Shown piece after piece: positions 23,521 to 35,423 of a stretch of 64,000 nt of DNA (positions are counted from its first letter, which is position 1; each line of letters starts with the position of its first letter). The stretch is taken from contig JAUCBJ010005083.1 in NCBI GenBank assembly GCA_032718475.1, positions 9,139 through 73,138 of the forward strand, read 5' to 3'. The stretch comes from Nemertoderma westbladi (lineage: Eukaryota > Animalia > Xenacoelomorpha). The notes under the pieces are model-generated. The model had not been told where the DNA came from. It worked only from the letters and a program-made list of their open reading frames with translations, and made no database searches. The translations under genes and the position numbers were made by a program.

Positions 23521-24767
23521 AATTGGATTAAACATTGTAATATATAATTATTTGCCTGTGATATTTGAAGTCGATTTAATTAACGCTGTGTCATAATGCT
23601 TGGCGGTAAATTAGGTCAATTGTAACAATAAATTTTATAATTCAGCAAAATCTGCCAAGATCTATACGGATCATGCTATGTGCTTGATTCATCTGCACTG
23701 ATCATAATACATTGCAAATCTGCTACGATCATAGAATGATCATACAAAATCTTTTAAGAATTTACATATACAATATATTGAAAAAATGTGTATTTATTGA
23801 ATGTATGGTTGTAATTTGTTAAATATCAAACCATTTTTACATTAAACATTATAATTATTGTCTTGGAAAGTAACAACATGGCTATTATATCTGCTACGAT
23901 CAGACTACGATCAGGCCAGATAGGCAGAGGCCAATGATTTTTCATTTTTTTGCCGTATTTGACCGACAAGAGTACTCTCTTTCACAGCGTTTTACATAAG
24001 ATTACATATCATTCGAAGATCTTTTCAGATCTTATCATGATCATATCATGATAATATCAAGTTAGAAATTATCAATCAATAATTAATTATAAATTTTCAA
24101 TTAATAGGTATAGAAACAAAGAAATTGATAACTCTACTTCAATATGAATTATCCAATATGGTGGCCACGTAGAGTAATTATATTAATTTATATGAATCTA
24201 ATATAAATTTATTGATATTAATGGAAAGTTAAATTGGCTTATCTTAAAACCAAATTAAAATTTGTTTTGCTTAAATATAATACCATTACCACACAATAGA
24301 TATACAGATAGGGACAATAGGAAATGTTAGGCAGTTAGGTGTGTAGGTGTTAGTTGTACAGTAGGATATGTAGGTAAGACATCCCCCACTGCCATAGTAA
24401 CAATCCACAGTGCAAACAGAAGAATGCTTCAAATTGTGCTTAATTATTGATTGAGAACTATTAGGATCTTTGCAGAACTTTTTTATATATCATTAATTCT
24501 GCAAAGATCTACACTGACCTTAATAAAACTCCAGCCGTGGTCTTACTAATCCTGCAAAGATCTGCACTGATCTTTACCAACTCTGCTAAGATCATAGAGC
24601 AAAGGTGCCAAGATCTTACCAAGACATATAAAGATATTATGCTAAGATCAGTGCAGATTGGTGATGTTGCAAGTCTAGGGATTAACATATAGCTTACAGC
24701 CTGGCTACAGTTGTCTGGAAGTGATTTTACTTGAACTCTTTCGATTACGAATTTTTGTTTATTCTAG

Positions 24768-24984
24768 GAGAGATTTCGAATACGTCAACGGAATCTCGAA
24801 TAGTTTTTGGGGGTGGGGAGGAGAAGATGACGATTTCGCAATACGAGCAATATTGAAAAGAGGGTTGTTCATAGAACGAAGGCCACTCAATATATCCAAA
24901 TACGTAATGTTGCCCCATAAGAAAACTACAATGGGCATAGATGATCTAAATGTGAGAAGGGAATTCCTCAATACAGTTGGAAAG
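24768..24984 (+). CDS. Beta-1,4-galactosyltransferase family (GT7), penultimate exon
   Basis: VNGISNSFWGWGGEDDD catalytic motif; TTCTAG acceptor and AAG|GTACGC donor. Confidence 0.9.
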
Positions 24985-25229
24985 GTACGCCGACATACAC
25001 AACTCACCTTTATTCAATTTATTTTAATTATCATGTTACTGTAGGCTGCTTTAAAGAAATTAAGAGCTAAATTATCTTAACAAAAAAACATTAGTTCCTT
25101 TACTGTCGCCTCTTTACCGATTCGTCTTTTATCCACATACAGTAGGACTATAGACTACGGTACATGGTAATAAGTAAATCCTACGCACTTTATTTTCCTA
25201 AAAATACCGGTTTTTTCCTGCAAATACAT

Positions 25230-25487
25230 GGGTGTAAACGCTACGCCGACAACCGACAGCCGACAACCACGGCCGACAACTAAACTGATGCTTAAAACTT
25301 AAAACTTGAAATATGAAAATATGAAAATGTAAACGGAGTTCCTGTCTCTCGTTTATTGTTTTGGTTAGAATAACCTTCTACTGTAACCTGTTCCTTTTCC
25401 TCAATTAATAAATAACATTAATTAGCTTTAATAATATTTGTCGGCGTTGGTTGTCGGTAGTCGGTTGTCGGCGTAGCGTTTACACCC
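25230..25487. mobile_element. MITE with 9-bp TSD (Mutator-like)
   Basis: TIR GGGTGTAAACGCTACGCCGACAACCGAC; TSD CAAATACAT on both sides. Confidence 0.85.
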
Positions 25488-25544
25488 CAAATACATTGGC
25501 ATATTGTCCTAAAAAATTACAAGTGTTTGTGTTCCTCTCTAATA

Positions 25545-26107
25545 AGTGTTTAAACGGGATCCCTATCCCGAAAAACCGCGATCCCGGCGAAAAATGCAAT
25601 CCCGATCCCGAATTTGTTGGAACGGGATCCCGAACTATAAATTGTGAAGTGAATTTCTTGAATATCTGATAAATAGTTGCAGCGGAACGGAAATGTTTTG
25701 ATGATATCGAATTTCTATGTCAGTAAGCCATCCAATTGCAAAATAATTTTATTATAACTTTATCTTACTGATTGTTTAGTGGTTAGCATACCTGAACGTT
25801 TATCGGGAGACGCGGGTTCGATCCCCGCTGGTGGCGAATTCATTTTTTCCGCTCCATTTGCTATAGAGTTGGATCATCCTTAGTCCTGTTTAATTACTTA
25901 ATAATTTATCTTACTAATATTTCAGAAGTGTAAGATAAGGAAAGGGAGTGTTACCCAAAACCCCCCACATCTACTATTAACTTTAGGGAAATTTAATACA
26001 AAATTGTAATCCTGCTCCCGAAAATCGGGATTCTGAGAGAGAGAGTGTGTGATAATCCCGGTAACAATCCCGGAAATCCTGAAAGGTTTGATCCTGTTTA
26101 AACACTA
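25545..26107. mobile_element. MITE with TIR AGTGTTTAAAC(G/A)GGATC, possibly hAT-like, containing a SINE
   Basis: Terminal inverted repeats and subterminal ATCCCG motifs; TSD imperfect. Confidence 0.6.
25770..25904 (+). mobile_element. tRNA-derived SINE (5' end clipped)
   Basis: A-box-like TTTAGTGGTTAG, anticodon-like stem CCTGA/TCGGG, T-arm GCGGG-TTCGATC-CCCGC; flanking direct repeat TTTATCTTACT (25759, 25905). Confidence 0.75.
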
Positions 26108-26205
26108 CCCTCTACAACTAAGTGCTAATTACAATACGCACATGATAATCGTATCAGTTAGCAATCGTTTTATTTTTTTTTGTATTTATGCAAACTGGTA
26201 CTATA

Positions 26206-26206
<1 letters not shown>

Positions 26207-26297
<91 letters not shown>

Positions 26298-26360
26298 CCA
26301 CACACACACCCCCACACACCCCCACACACAACACACCCATCACACACTATCACACCACAT
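26207..26360. repeat. (CA)n microsatellite
   Basis: Pure CA tract decaying at its 3' end. Confidence 0.98.
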
Positions 26361-26375
26361 GTAGGCCTATTCTAT

Positions 26376-26610
26376 GAAGCGCCGTTTACGCCAAAACTAT
26401 CGGAATACATATTATATTCAAGTTGTATCAATAAAAAAATATTATACTTAAGATGTTCCTAAATTCTCGGACGAGTTTTTCTCGGCCGAGAATTTAGAAA
26501 CATCTTAAGTCATAATATTTTGTATTACATTTGTATATAGTATAATATTTTGTATTATATACTGTAGTATAATATTTATTCCGATAGTTTTGGTCTAGAC
26601 GGCCCTTCGG
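26376..26610. mobile_element. Palindromic MITE-like element
   Basis: Arms CCAAAACTATCGGAATA...CTTAAGATGTT..AAATTCTCGG and their reverse complement. Confidence 0.65.
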
Positions 26611-26952
26611 CCACCACTCCACCAACCTCTAACGGTACTGTATCTGGAAGCGAAGTGTAAATGCATGACGACTGTAGGACAACATTGTGTCGTTGGCGGT
26701 GAGCAAGATAATTGTTCTATCACTTTATTTAATTTTTAATTAAGATAATTGTAACTGCAACCTACTGTACTGTACAGTAGCAATAAATAATTTAAATCAT
26801 AAAGTTCCAATGTAGATTGACTAAGCATACTGTATATTATAAATAATAAAAATTGCATTCACTTCGAAAACTTTTATTTAATTATTAGTTTTTTGACATT
26901 TTCTTCACTCTATCAATAATTATTAATTTTCAGTTTTCATGTTTTATTGCAG

Positions 26953-27093
26953 AGGGAGAAAATCGATGGTCTAAATTCAGTTAAGTACATATTGCTGAAT
27001 ACTACATCCGAGAACTTGTACTCAAGACTACTGATTTCGATACGCGCCGAAGACTATCCATATACTCTTATGAATCGTTTAGGATACAATTAA
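26953..27093 (+). CDS. Beta-1,4-galactosyltransferase family (GT7), last exon
   Basis: TTGCAG acceptor, phase 0; REKIDGLNSVKY...LYSRLLISI...* matches the GT7 C-terminal DGLNSL.Y motif; AATAAA at 27165. Confidence 0.85.
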   Translation, partial: REKIDGLNSVKYILLNTTSENLYSRLLISIRAEDYPYTLMNRLGYN

Positions 27094-27504
27094 TACAACA
27101 AATTATCTGTTAACCATAACATAAAGTAATGAATTTACTACAGTAGTACTACAAATTATTGTATAATAAATTACAAATATTTTACTACTGCAGTATTTTC
27201 AAATGATTTTTATAAAGTCCTGTAGCGTTTCTTCCTTCGCCTTAACTCGTTGAACCGGTTCCCCCTAAAATAGTTTTCGTCTTCAATCATCCTCAAAGGG
27301 GTTGGGAACTGGACCACCCTGCGAATAATATTGTCCAAAAGCAGCCAGCGGGTGAGATTAAACGAGGAAGGATCCATGCGTGAAGGATCCATTGTGGCTC
27401 CTAAAAGTAACTGTTATCGCTCTAATCTATCGCTATCATTAATTGTTATATGTCATGTCACCGCACAGGCAGGCGCCACAAACACATGTACATATCCTGC
27501 CTTG

Positions 27505-28095
27505 ACTACTACTACTAGGATCGGCATGCTGCATTGCAGCTGCATTTTTAAGAATGCTGTGCCGGCTTGTCAACAAAATTGCACCGCCACAACTCCCTAT
27601 CACCCATGACATTTGCTAGATCATCCGCATCTTTAAGGCCAGTGTCCTTTAAGATGCGTCTCAAGAAAGTCATGGGCTGTCCACCATGCTTATTCACTCC
27701 ATGAGGCTGCCAAAGTACAAGATTATGCACTGGCTGGTCCTCACGGCGAAAGCAATGTCCTGCAAAGCGGAGGCGATTTTGTTCTAGTGTCAAGCTTGGG
27801 GGAACCAATGAGACACCTCCAATGTTATATAGTGTCTGGTTGGAGATGTGTGCATTGTACTTGACACAATGAACCCGGCGTAGCATTCTTGTGAATGTGC
27901 CATCCAGAGATTTGGTGTCCTCAGCAGTTAGAGCCCAGCATGGACTCCCGTAGAGGAGTACTGGAACTACTGCTGCTCTAAATAATCGGACCTTAAGTTT
28001 CCGATTAATTCTCGGTGACTTCCAAATCCTGGAAAGCCTATTCAAGGCTGCCCATGCCTTCCCCTTACGTATGTGAAGGTCATTAGCCTTGACAT
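27505..28095 (-). mobile_element. 5'-truncated RTE-like LINE (3' end)
   Basis: ORF2 C-terminus (KAWAALNRLSRIWKS...VLLYGS...RLRFAGH); (TAG)n tail; near-identical to 54025-54600. Confidence 0.85.
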
Positions 28096-28507
28096 TAGGT
28101 TGCAATTACTGGCAATGGGTGGATGCCGGGGGTCTGTGTGAAACCTCGGTATGGCTCGGGTGAAAAAAAATATAAACAAATATCTTACTGAGGTTATATG
28201 TTTAAGCATTTCAAAGTAATTGCAATGCACCCAGTGGTGGTCGTCCTGTAAAAACTTCAAATTAATTAATAAACATACAGTATTAGTGTACGCTTCGTAT
28301 TTATCAACGAGTAGAAACGAACGCGATTGGCTAGTTCACAGTTGCTTTCACTTTGTGTACCGGTACTGCTGTACATAGGTACTGTAAGATATATACCGGT
28401 ACTGGAAATACTTTTTAGTTACCTTGCTTGATTAATTGAATTAGTAAACTATAATTAATAATTTTTACGGTGAAGCGCATACTTTAACATATGAAATAAT
28501 TTTCACT

Positions 28508-29627
28508 CAGTGGCGTATCCAGGGGTAGTGGCGCCCCGGGGCGAGAGGTTGATAAGCCGCCCCCAACCCCAACCCCCCCCCCCCCCCCCCCCACCCCCTC
28601 ATTAACAATAAAAAGCGAAAAAATTTAATACCTTATTATTTAGTCGTACAGCTTATAATTGGGATCCTCAAAAAATTCGTTAAAGATATTTGATGGAATT
28701 AAATTTACAAACCTAATTGAGCAAATACGAGGAATCTTACAAGGGGACTCATTCTCTACCATCATGCTTTTTAATGTAGCCGACCTTTCAACTTCGCCAA
28801 ATAAGTTCTACCTTGGTGTTCGTCTTTTTTGCGGATGATCTTGTAATTTACTCGACTAAACGCAACGACATTCAGCGGGCGTTTGATGAATTGGAGAAAT
28901 GGCGCAACTTAAATCAAATGGAACTCAACTTAAGGAAGACTAAAATAGTTAAGTTCCGACGTGCAGGTCGAGCCTTTTTCTTAAGGAAGGTGTTATAATA
29001 TAACCTGTCTACCTTACCTAATTGTATTAAAAATAATAACATTATTATTACATCTGTTCTTGTAAGCAAAGATGTTGCGCTTTATTTATACTGTAATTAC
29101 ATCAATATGCTAACTAATTGGATTTTAAATAACAGCATAAAAAAAAGGGGGGGGGGGGGGATCCTTTTGACATTATATTCCAGTCCATGGTGAAATACAT
29201 ATTGATAAACGCCGTGGCGTTTATTCCAGGAAGGCGTTTAATTAAGATGCTTGGATGAGGATAGCCAGGGAACGTTTATTCGAAGGGGGTGGGCTCATAA
29301 TTCGAAGAAATACGGTCAGTCGGATGTAAACAAATTACGAGTCCTCAAATAGCCAACAACGCTACAACAGTAAGTTACCAGCAATTCCTATTTCAAATTT
29401 CCCACCAACCTACACTCAGACATAAATTTAGTATCTAAATTTCGCAAGATAAAAATAATTTGCTAGATTTAATAGTAGGCCTACTATATGCATATTGCTG
29501 TATGTATATTGCACTACCCAATCTTATTCATTTCTCTCCGCCAGTTACTTGTCCTGTAAATATCTTTTAAAATGCGGTGTTATCAATGAGGGGCGCCCCG
29601 GCTCGCCATGGTCTGGTTACGCCACTG
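28508..29627. mobile_element. hAT-like non-autonomous element with internal RT fragment
   Basis: TIR CAGTGGCGTA(T/A)CCAG; 8-bp TSD TTTTCACT; internal FADDLVI RT remnant at ~28720-28990. Confidence 0.85.
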
Positions 29628-31054
29628 TTTTCACTCACTAAATTTACGCGTTGGGGGGCTAATTGTTTACCATAATTTTACGTGGTTTTTCATCTACCTG
29701 TCTCAAAGCTGATCCTACACTTACCTGCATAAGTCCTAAAAAAGGGTATTAAATCTCGCAATACGAAACTATAAACACATTTTTAAATTTCGCAATTTAC
29801 GAACATTAAGATTTTGAACATACAGTAGAAATTGACATAAAATATCTTTCAAAGTTCCTTATTCTGTCAGGACAACCTTTGAACTACTAATCGAACAAAT
29901 AACCGAATCAAATGCATACAGTATATTCATGACTATTATGTACAGTAGAATCTGACAATGTACACATAATAAAGTTACATTTTGTTATCTCTTAGAAAAT
30001 GTGTAATAGTTTTGTATATAATAATAATTTTATTTCCTACACTATATTATACACACATCCACTGATCACATATCTACTGTATTGTACAGTAGGCGATTGG
30101 CATGGGCGAGTCAGAAAGTGAATTCAGTCAAATATTTCCCAAATCTTCCTGGTAAATTCAGTTCAGCGATATTATTTATTTTAATTATTTATATAATAAG
30201 GAAAGAATTAAGGAATGCCACTCTCCACTGATATAACCAGATGTCAGTAGAGGGCCTATGCATGCCTACCAGCCTACTGGCCTACAGTACTGCAGAACCG
30301 GACCGGTAGGCCTATGTAATAATAAAATAAATATTGTATATTCAAGGACTACTTACTACTGATCCACATTGACCCCGTTATCGTTGTCCGGATTACTGCT
30401 GAGCCAGTCCTTCAGTATAGTACTGTAGTACCGGTCTGCCGGTAGTTCCTTGTGTATAATTTGTCTGTGGTGGCTGGACGCTTACTAAGACTGTATTTCC
30501 TTACCTGCAGACCTGGTATCTGCACTCCTTTTCTGTTTTGTATTGCCGACTACTGGATCAGGTACCTGGGTACCGGTACCGGTATATATAGTTGGATAAC
30601 TGACATCGACATCTGGACTACCGGACTATGGCTGTATGGACTACATTATTTATTGCTGTATTGTACGTACAACTGCAGTAGCCTCCTACAGTACTGTATG
30701 ACAGTATGATATTAACTCGTTTTTTATTATTTAGTGTACAAATACAAAAATAGCAGTGGCGCAGCGCAGCCACAGGGGGGGGTGGGGGGTGGGACAGTGG
30801 GACACGTCCCTCGAACTTTTCAGGAATGAATGCGCAAATACAAAATTCTGACTCACCTACTGTACTGCTGTAATACTGTAAGGACAAGGCTGCAAGGGAG
30901 GTGATACTACTGTCTGACTGTATGTTTCAAATTTCATGGAATCTCATTAATATTTATTGTAAAAAAAAATTTTGTGGTGGGGGGTTATGCCGGACCTAAA
31001 ATAATTTTATCGTCCCCCCACCCTAACCTACTTTTGGGAACGTGGCGCAAAACC

Positions 31055-31240
31055 CGCCTTGGCGAATTAATATCCCGCCACAATGTTAAATTCTCAATTT
31101 AGGGAAAGGAGCAGGTTACAGTGGCACGTTATTTTAACCAAAACAATAAACTAAACACAATAGAACAGGTTACAGTTTTATTTTTGAGAGTAATCAGCTG
31201 TTATTTGCGTCGAATTTCCCCTGGAGAGGGATGAATTTTT
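31055..31240 (+). repeat. Dispersed ~150-190-bp repeat core (also ~32355-32540 +, ~35000-35185 -, ~43065-43250 -, ~51085-51190 +, ~25335-25415 -)
   Basis: Shared motif AAAGGAGCAGGTTACAG...TAACCAAAACAATAAACTAAA..CAATAGAACAGGTTACAGTTTTATTTTTG. Confidence 0.8.
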
Positions 31241-31583
31241 ATTGCGTCAAGTTCCCCCCCCCCCCCCCCCCCCCCCACCCCCATCTGCTGTGATGACCGA
31301 ACAGGCAGATTCTAAATAGTACAAAAGGCCTATCCTAGTATTAGGCTAAACTGTCCCTCTATATACTGTAATGCAATATCACGACCACCTCACCCTCACA
31401 TACAGTCATTTAAGCACATATTTGGGGACTCAAAACTCAGATAGTACACTGTACAGCTGTATGTACAGCTATTTATTCTGTTATTGAATTTAGTATTATC
31501 AGAAGGAATAGGCCTAGGCTTACAATAAGTGGATGCTGAGTTTGATTTCTGTCCTATTATATATATCAATTCGGCAATTTACG

Positions 31584-31796
31584 ATGAAGACATTAAGGGA
31601 TTTGTGTTTGCAATCTATTGCGGAGAACTTGTCACTCATACCTCAAATTGTAAAACATTTGCCAATTATTCTCAAGGAACATTTACTGTCTTATATAATT
31701 GCCCACGAAATGTTAGTGAATGAAAGGTTCCCAGCTGTTACCTACAATTTATTTGACAAAATGTTGAGGACAGTTGTTATGGATCATTGCAACCAG
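31584..31796 (+). CDS. AMN1-like cysteine-containing LRR protein, coding exon 1
   Basis: MKTLRDLCLQSIAENL...LPIILKEHLL (BC-box-like start as in AMN1); CAG|GT donor, phase 0. Confidence 0.8.
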
Positions 31797-33603
31797 GTTT
31801 GTTGGGGTGGTCGAACCATTGTTGTATGGTACGGTACATTACTGTACGTACTGTACTGTAGACAGACATGCGATCGTATGTGAGTGAGAGGCCAGAGCCT
31901 CAGATTTTGTTAGGCCTCGGCCGGGTCCGGGTCACATATGAGTTTTCAACTTTCGATCCCAGGCCCGAGTTCACACATAAAAACATTCAATTTTCAGCTC
32001 ATAAAACATTATGAGTGACCAAAAAACATGTATGTACGTACTATAATGGAAATGTAAGGGGGGGGGGGGGGGGGGGGGGTAGGTAGGTATTTATGTGAGA
32101 TTGCTAAGATCTCTGACGAGGAGAGGGTGGGAGCCAAATTTTTATTTAATGTTTGTTTCAGTTTGTGTGCATTTAGCAAACACTTTCGGGGCATTTACGT
32201 TATCCCATTTATTTTAAAATGGTTGTGATATTACCAAGTTCATCTTTATTACTAAACCTGTAGACAGCAAATCTAAGACAAGCACGCGAATCAACTATGA
32301 CAGGAAGAAACTCGAGATATGGGTGGAGGTGGAGGGGGAGCTTGATCCAAATCCATCTCGGCGAATTAATATATCGTCTCATTGTTAAATTTATCAATTA
32401 TGGGAAAGAAAGGAGTTATTCTAACCAAATCAATAAACTAAAATCAATAGAACAAGTTACAGTTATTTTTTTGGGAGTAGCCACTAGTCAGCTGTTATTT
32501 GCGACGGATTTCCCCTGGACATGGATGAATTTTGATTGTGCTGAGTTGTTGAAAGTCCCTAATCTGAAAAACTTATAACGATAATAATGCAGTAATGGAT
32601 GCTTCCACAGTAGAAGGCCAACCCGTATTGAAGTGCTTCTCCAGTTAATAGATTGAAGACAGATTCAATATACCAGAATATACTGTATATTAAAAAGCCC
32701 ACAGGGAATCAGTCAAGAGGCATATTCGGATTATTCCCCAGAAACCCAAATGAAGACATTTTGTGCCATGACAACACTTTGTGAGAGACAGAGAAAGATC
32801 TTAAGATAGCCTACAAGGTAAAAACTGAACAAACAACAATCGAAAACATCAACAAATTGAGAAGGCTAAAGAAGACTTCAAAGTGTAAAATTTAAGCAAT
32901 TACAACCGCTCACGCTCACCTTACAACAGTCTAGACTTATGTGGCAAACTGTAAATGTGGTATATGGACGGCAAAGTTGCACGAGGGGCGCCTAAAAACT
33001 GATAGTCCAGGAGAACGTGTTAGAAAATGGAAAGATCATTTAACAGTAACTTGTTTGGGCAGCCACCAAATATTGAGGTCAGCCCTACTTATATATGATA
33101 AGACGAAAGACGATGTCTATAGAAACAATGGACTTGCCGAACGTATCAACATAACATTATGGAATCATTATTGGATGTTTGCAACCGGACTTTGAACCAT
33201 TTCATTAATCCTCTGTGCTCCTGTGGGTTGGGGTCAAGGCGACCTAATATAGAGGTCGCCTTGGTTGGGGTGGTGCAGATAAAGAGTGCGGTTGAAGCGA
33301 GGGAGGGAACTTTCCTCTCTTCTTTGATTTATTCTTATTGGCGGTTTGGTTAAATTTCTTATTTATTTATTTAAATTTCTTAAGTACCGATTTTGGGATA
33401 GAATTACTCAATTTGAATCTGTATCTGATAACTGAGCCTCGTGCTGCGCGAAGGGCCCCACGAACGTGTTATATTGAGAGCAATTGAGAGAATCTAAATT
33501 GCAAAAACTACGTAAGTCTGGAAGGACCTCTTCACCACTGTGTGAGCTTGTAGCCTAGTAATAGTAACAATAGCTGATATTGTTAATATTGTATTCCTTT
33601 CAG

Positions 33604-33757
33604 GTTACTGATAAGTTTTTATCTCAATTGAGTCGTTCCGGATGCAAACTGAAGTCGTTATCAATATTTAGTTGTCTGAACGCTGGGGATAAAGGATTAG
33701 CTACCTTGCTCCAATCACAAACTGAGCTGGAGAGTTTACAACTAACCCAGTTGCCGG
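33604..33757 (+). CDS. AMN1-like LRR protein, exon 2
   Basis: TTTCAG acceptor; VTDKFLSQLSRSGCKLKSLSIFSCLNAGDKGL LRR; G|GTAAG donor, phase 1. Confidence 0.85.
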
Positions 33758-33791
33758 GTAAGTTGAGCACACAGTAGCCTCAATGGTCTTG

Positions 33792-34020
33792 GTTAGTGCC
33801 ACGCGAGATATTAGTGCCCGCGAGTCATTAGTGCCCGCGAGTCATTAGTGCCCGCGAGTCATTAGTGCCCGCGAATCATTAGTGCCCGCGAATCATTAGT
33901 GCCCGCGAGATATTAGTGCCCGCGAATCATTAGTGCCCGCGAGATATTAGTGCCCGCGAGATATTAGTGCCCGTGAATCATTAGTGCCCGCGAGTCATTA
34001 GTGCCCGCAAGTCATTAGTG
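33792..34020. repeat. 17-bp minisatellite TTAGTGCCCGCGAGTCA, ~13 copies
   Basis: Direct inspection. Confidence 0.95.
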
Positions 34021-35423
34021 GGGGAGTGGGGATTCAGGGATTGATCCCCCCCCCCCCACCCCCTATTGACAAGAAAACCTGAGCACATTATACGAATTAT
34101 AAAAAATTTAGTGTCACTTTAATAGAACGTTTTCATCATTATCATTGTCACCAATTTCTGATTTATCTCAGCGTCCAATAATTGACCAAAATAAAATGTT
34201 TCAATCCCAGTAAAGTACTGTACCAACTTCCAATGGAGTAATAAAGGATTGATTAGGACAATACCCGCATCCCCCCCTCCCCCCCCCCCCCCCCCCCCTC
34301 TCCCCTTTGTCACTGCTCGAGTTAATGGCGTGAAATGACAGCAAACACCAAAATATGTTTCTAGTGAGTTTAAAAACTTTATTAAATTTATTAAAATCGC
34401 TAAGAACAAGGGGCAGGTTACTGTGTCGATATTTTCTGACCAAAACAGTAAATAAAACTTTATTTCATTTGAAATCAAAGTGCACCATCAGCACTATCTG
34501 CACTGCTCACAGGATTTGTCACAATCTCACTGACCCCTCTCCTCTCCCCGATATTGACCGTGACGTAATTTATGAACAGCCCCTCAATAAATACATACTG
34601 TATCTAGAGTAACCATTTCAACCGTTAAAAAACTCAAAACATTTTTCGTTCGCTTCGCTCATGAATTTCTCGGGCTTGCATCCTTCACATCTTTCAACCC
34701 CCCCCCCCTCCCCCCCCCCCTCCCCTCCCCTCCTCTTCCCAAAATCCTGGCTACACCCCTGGGTAAAAATTGCTCTGACAAAACTAATTGATCAATTTTC
34801 ACAAATTAAGTGTAGAAAAAAAAAACATTTCAAAAATGTAATTTAGTTTGTAGTTAAGATTGAGGAGAAAAGTTGTTGGTCAATTTTTGAGGTTTTTCTA
34901 TTGCATCACACAGGGTGGGGGGGGGGGGGGGGGGATGGGGTCGGCCCCGGTTACAATATTAGCCTAGGGGCCCATCAATTATTAAGGCGACCCTGGTCAT
35001 CCCACTCGAGGAGAAAATCGACGCGAATAATTGCTGATTACTCTCAAAAAATAATATTGCAACCTGTTACTTACATTGACTTTAGTTTATTTTTTTTATT
35101 TGAATAACGTGCTTCTGTAACCTGTTACTTTCCTTAAATTGGTAATTTAACATTGAGACGAAGTATATATTTCGCCGAGATGGGATTGTAAAGGTACTTA
35201 GACATTAGAACCCGCAGGCACTACCCATTAGTATAAACGAATCTCAGTACCCCACATTGTAATATCAAAATTAATTATTCTGAAGAAATCGAATTATTGA
35301 TCAGCTGTATACCTCGGGATTCTCGGTTTTTGAACTTTGAAATGGTAATGCGAAAATGTCAGACCCGACGGAAACACAATAGGTTGGTGGAAGTTATTGT
35401 AGACCCATGAGCTACTATATATA

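Noticed and set aside
25774-25837. Functional tRNA-Asn(GTT)
   Set aside because: The 5' acceptor strand is missing, the anticodon loop is non-canonical, and a tail and TSD are present, so it is a SINE.
26049-26462. His/Thr-repeat ORFs
   Set aside because: Translation of a (CA)n microsatellite.
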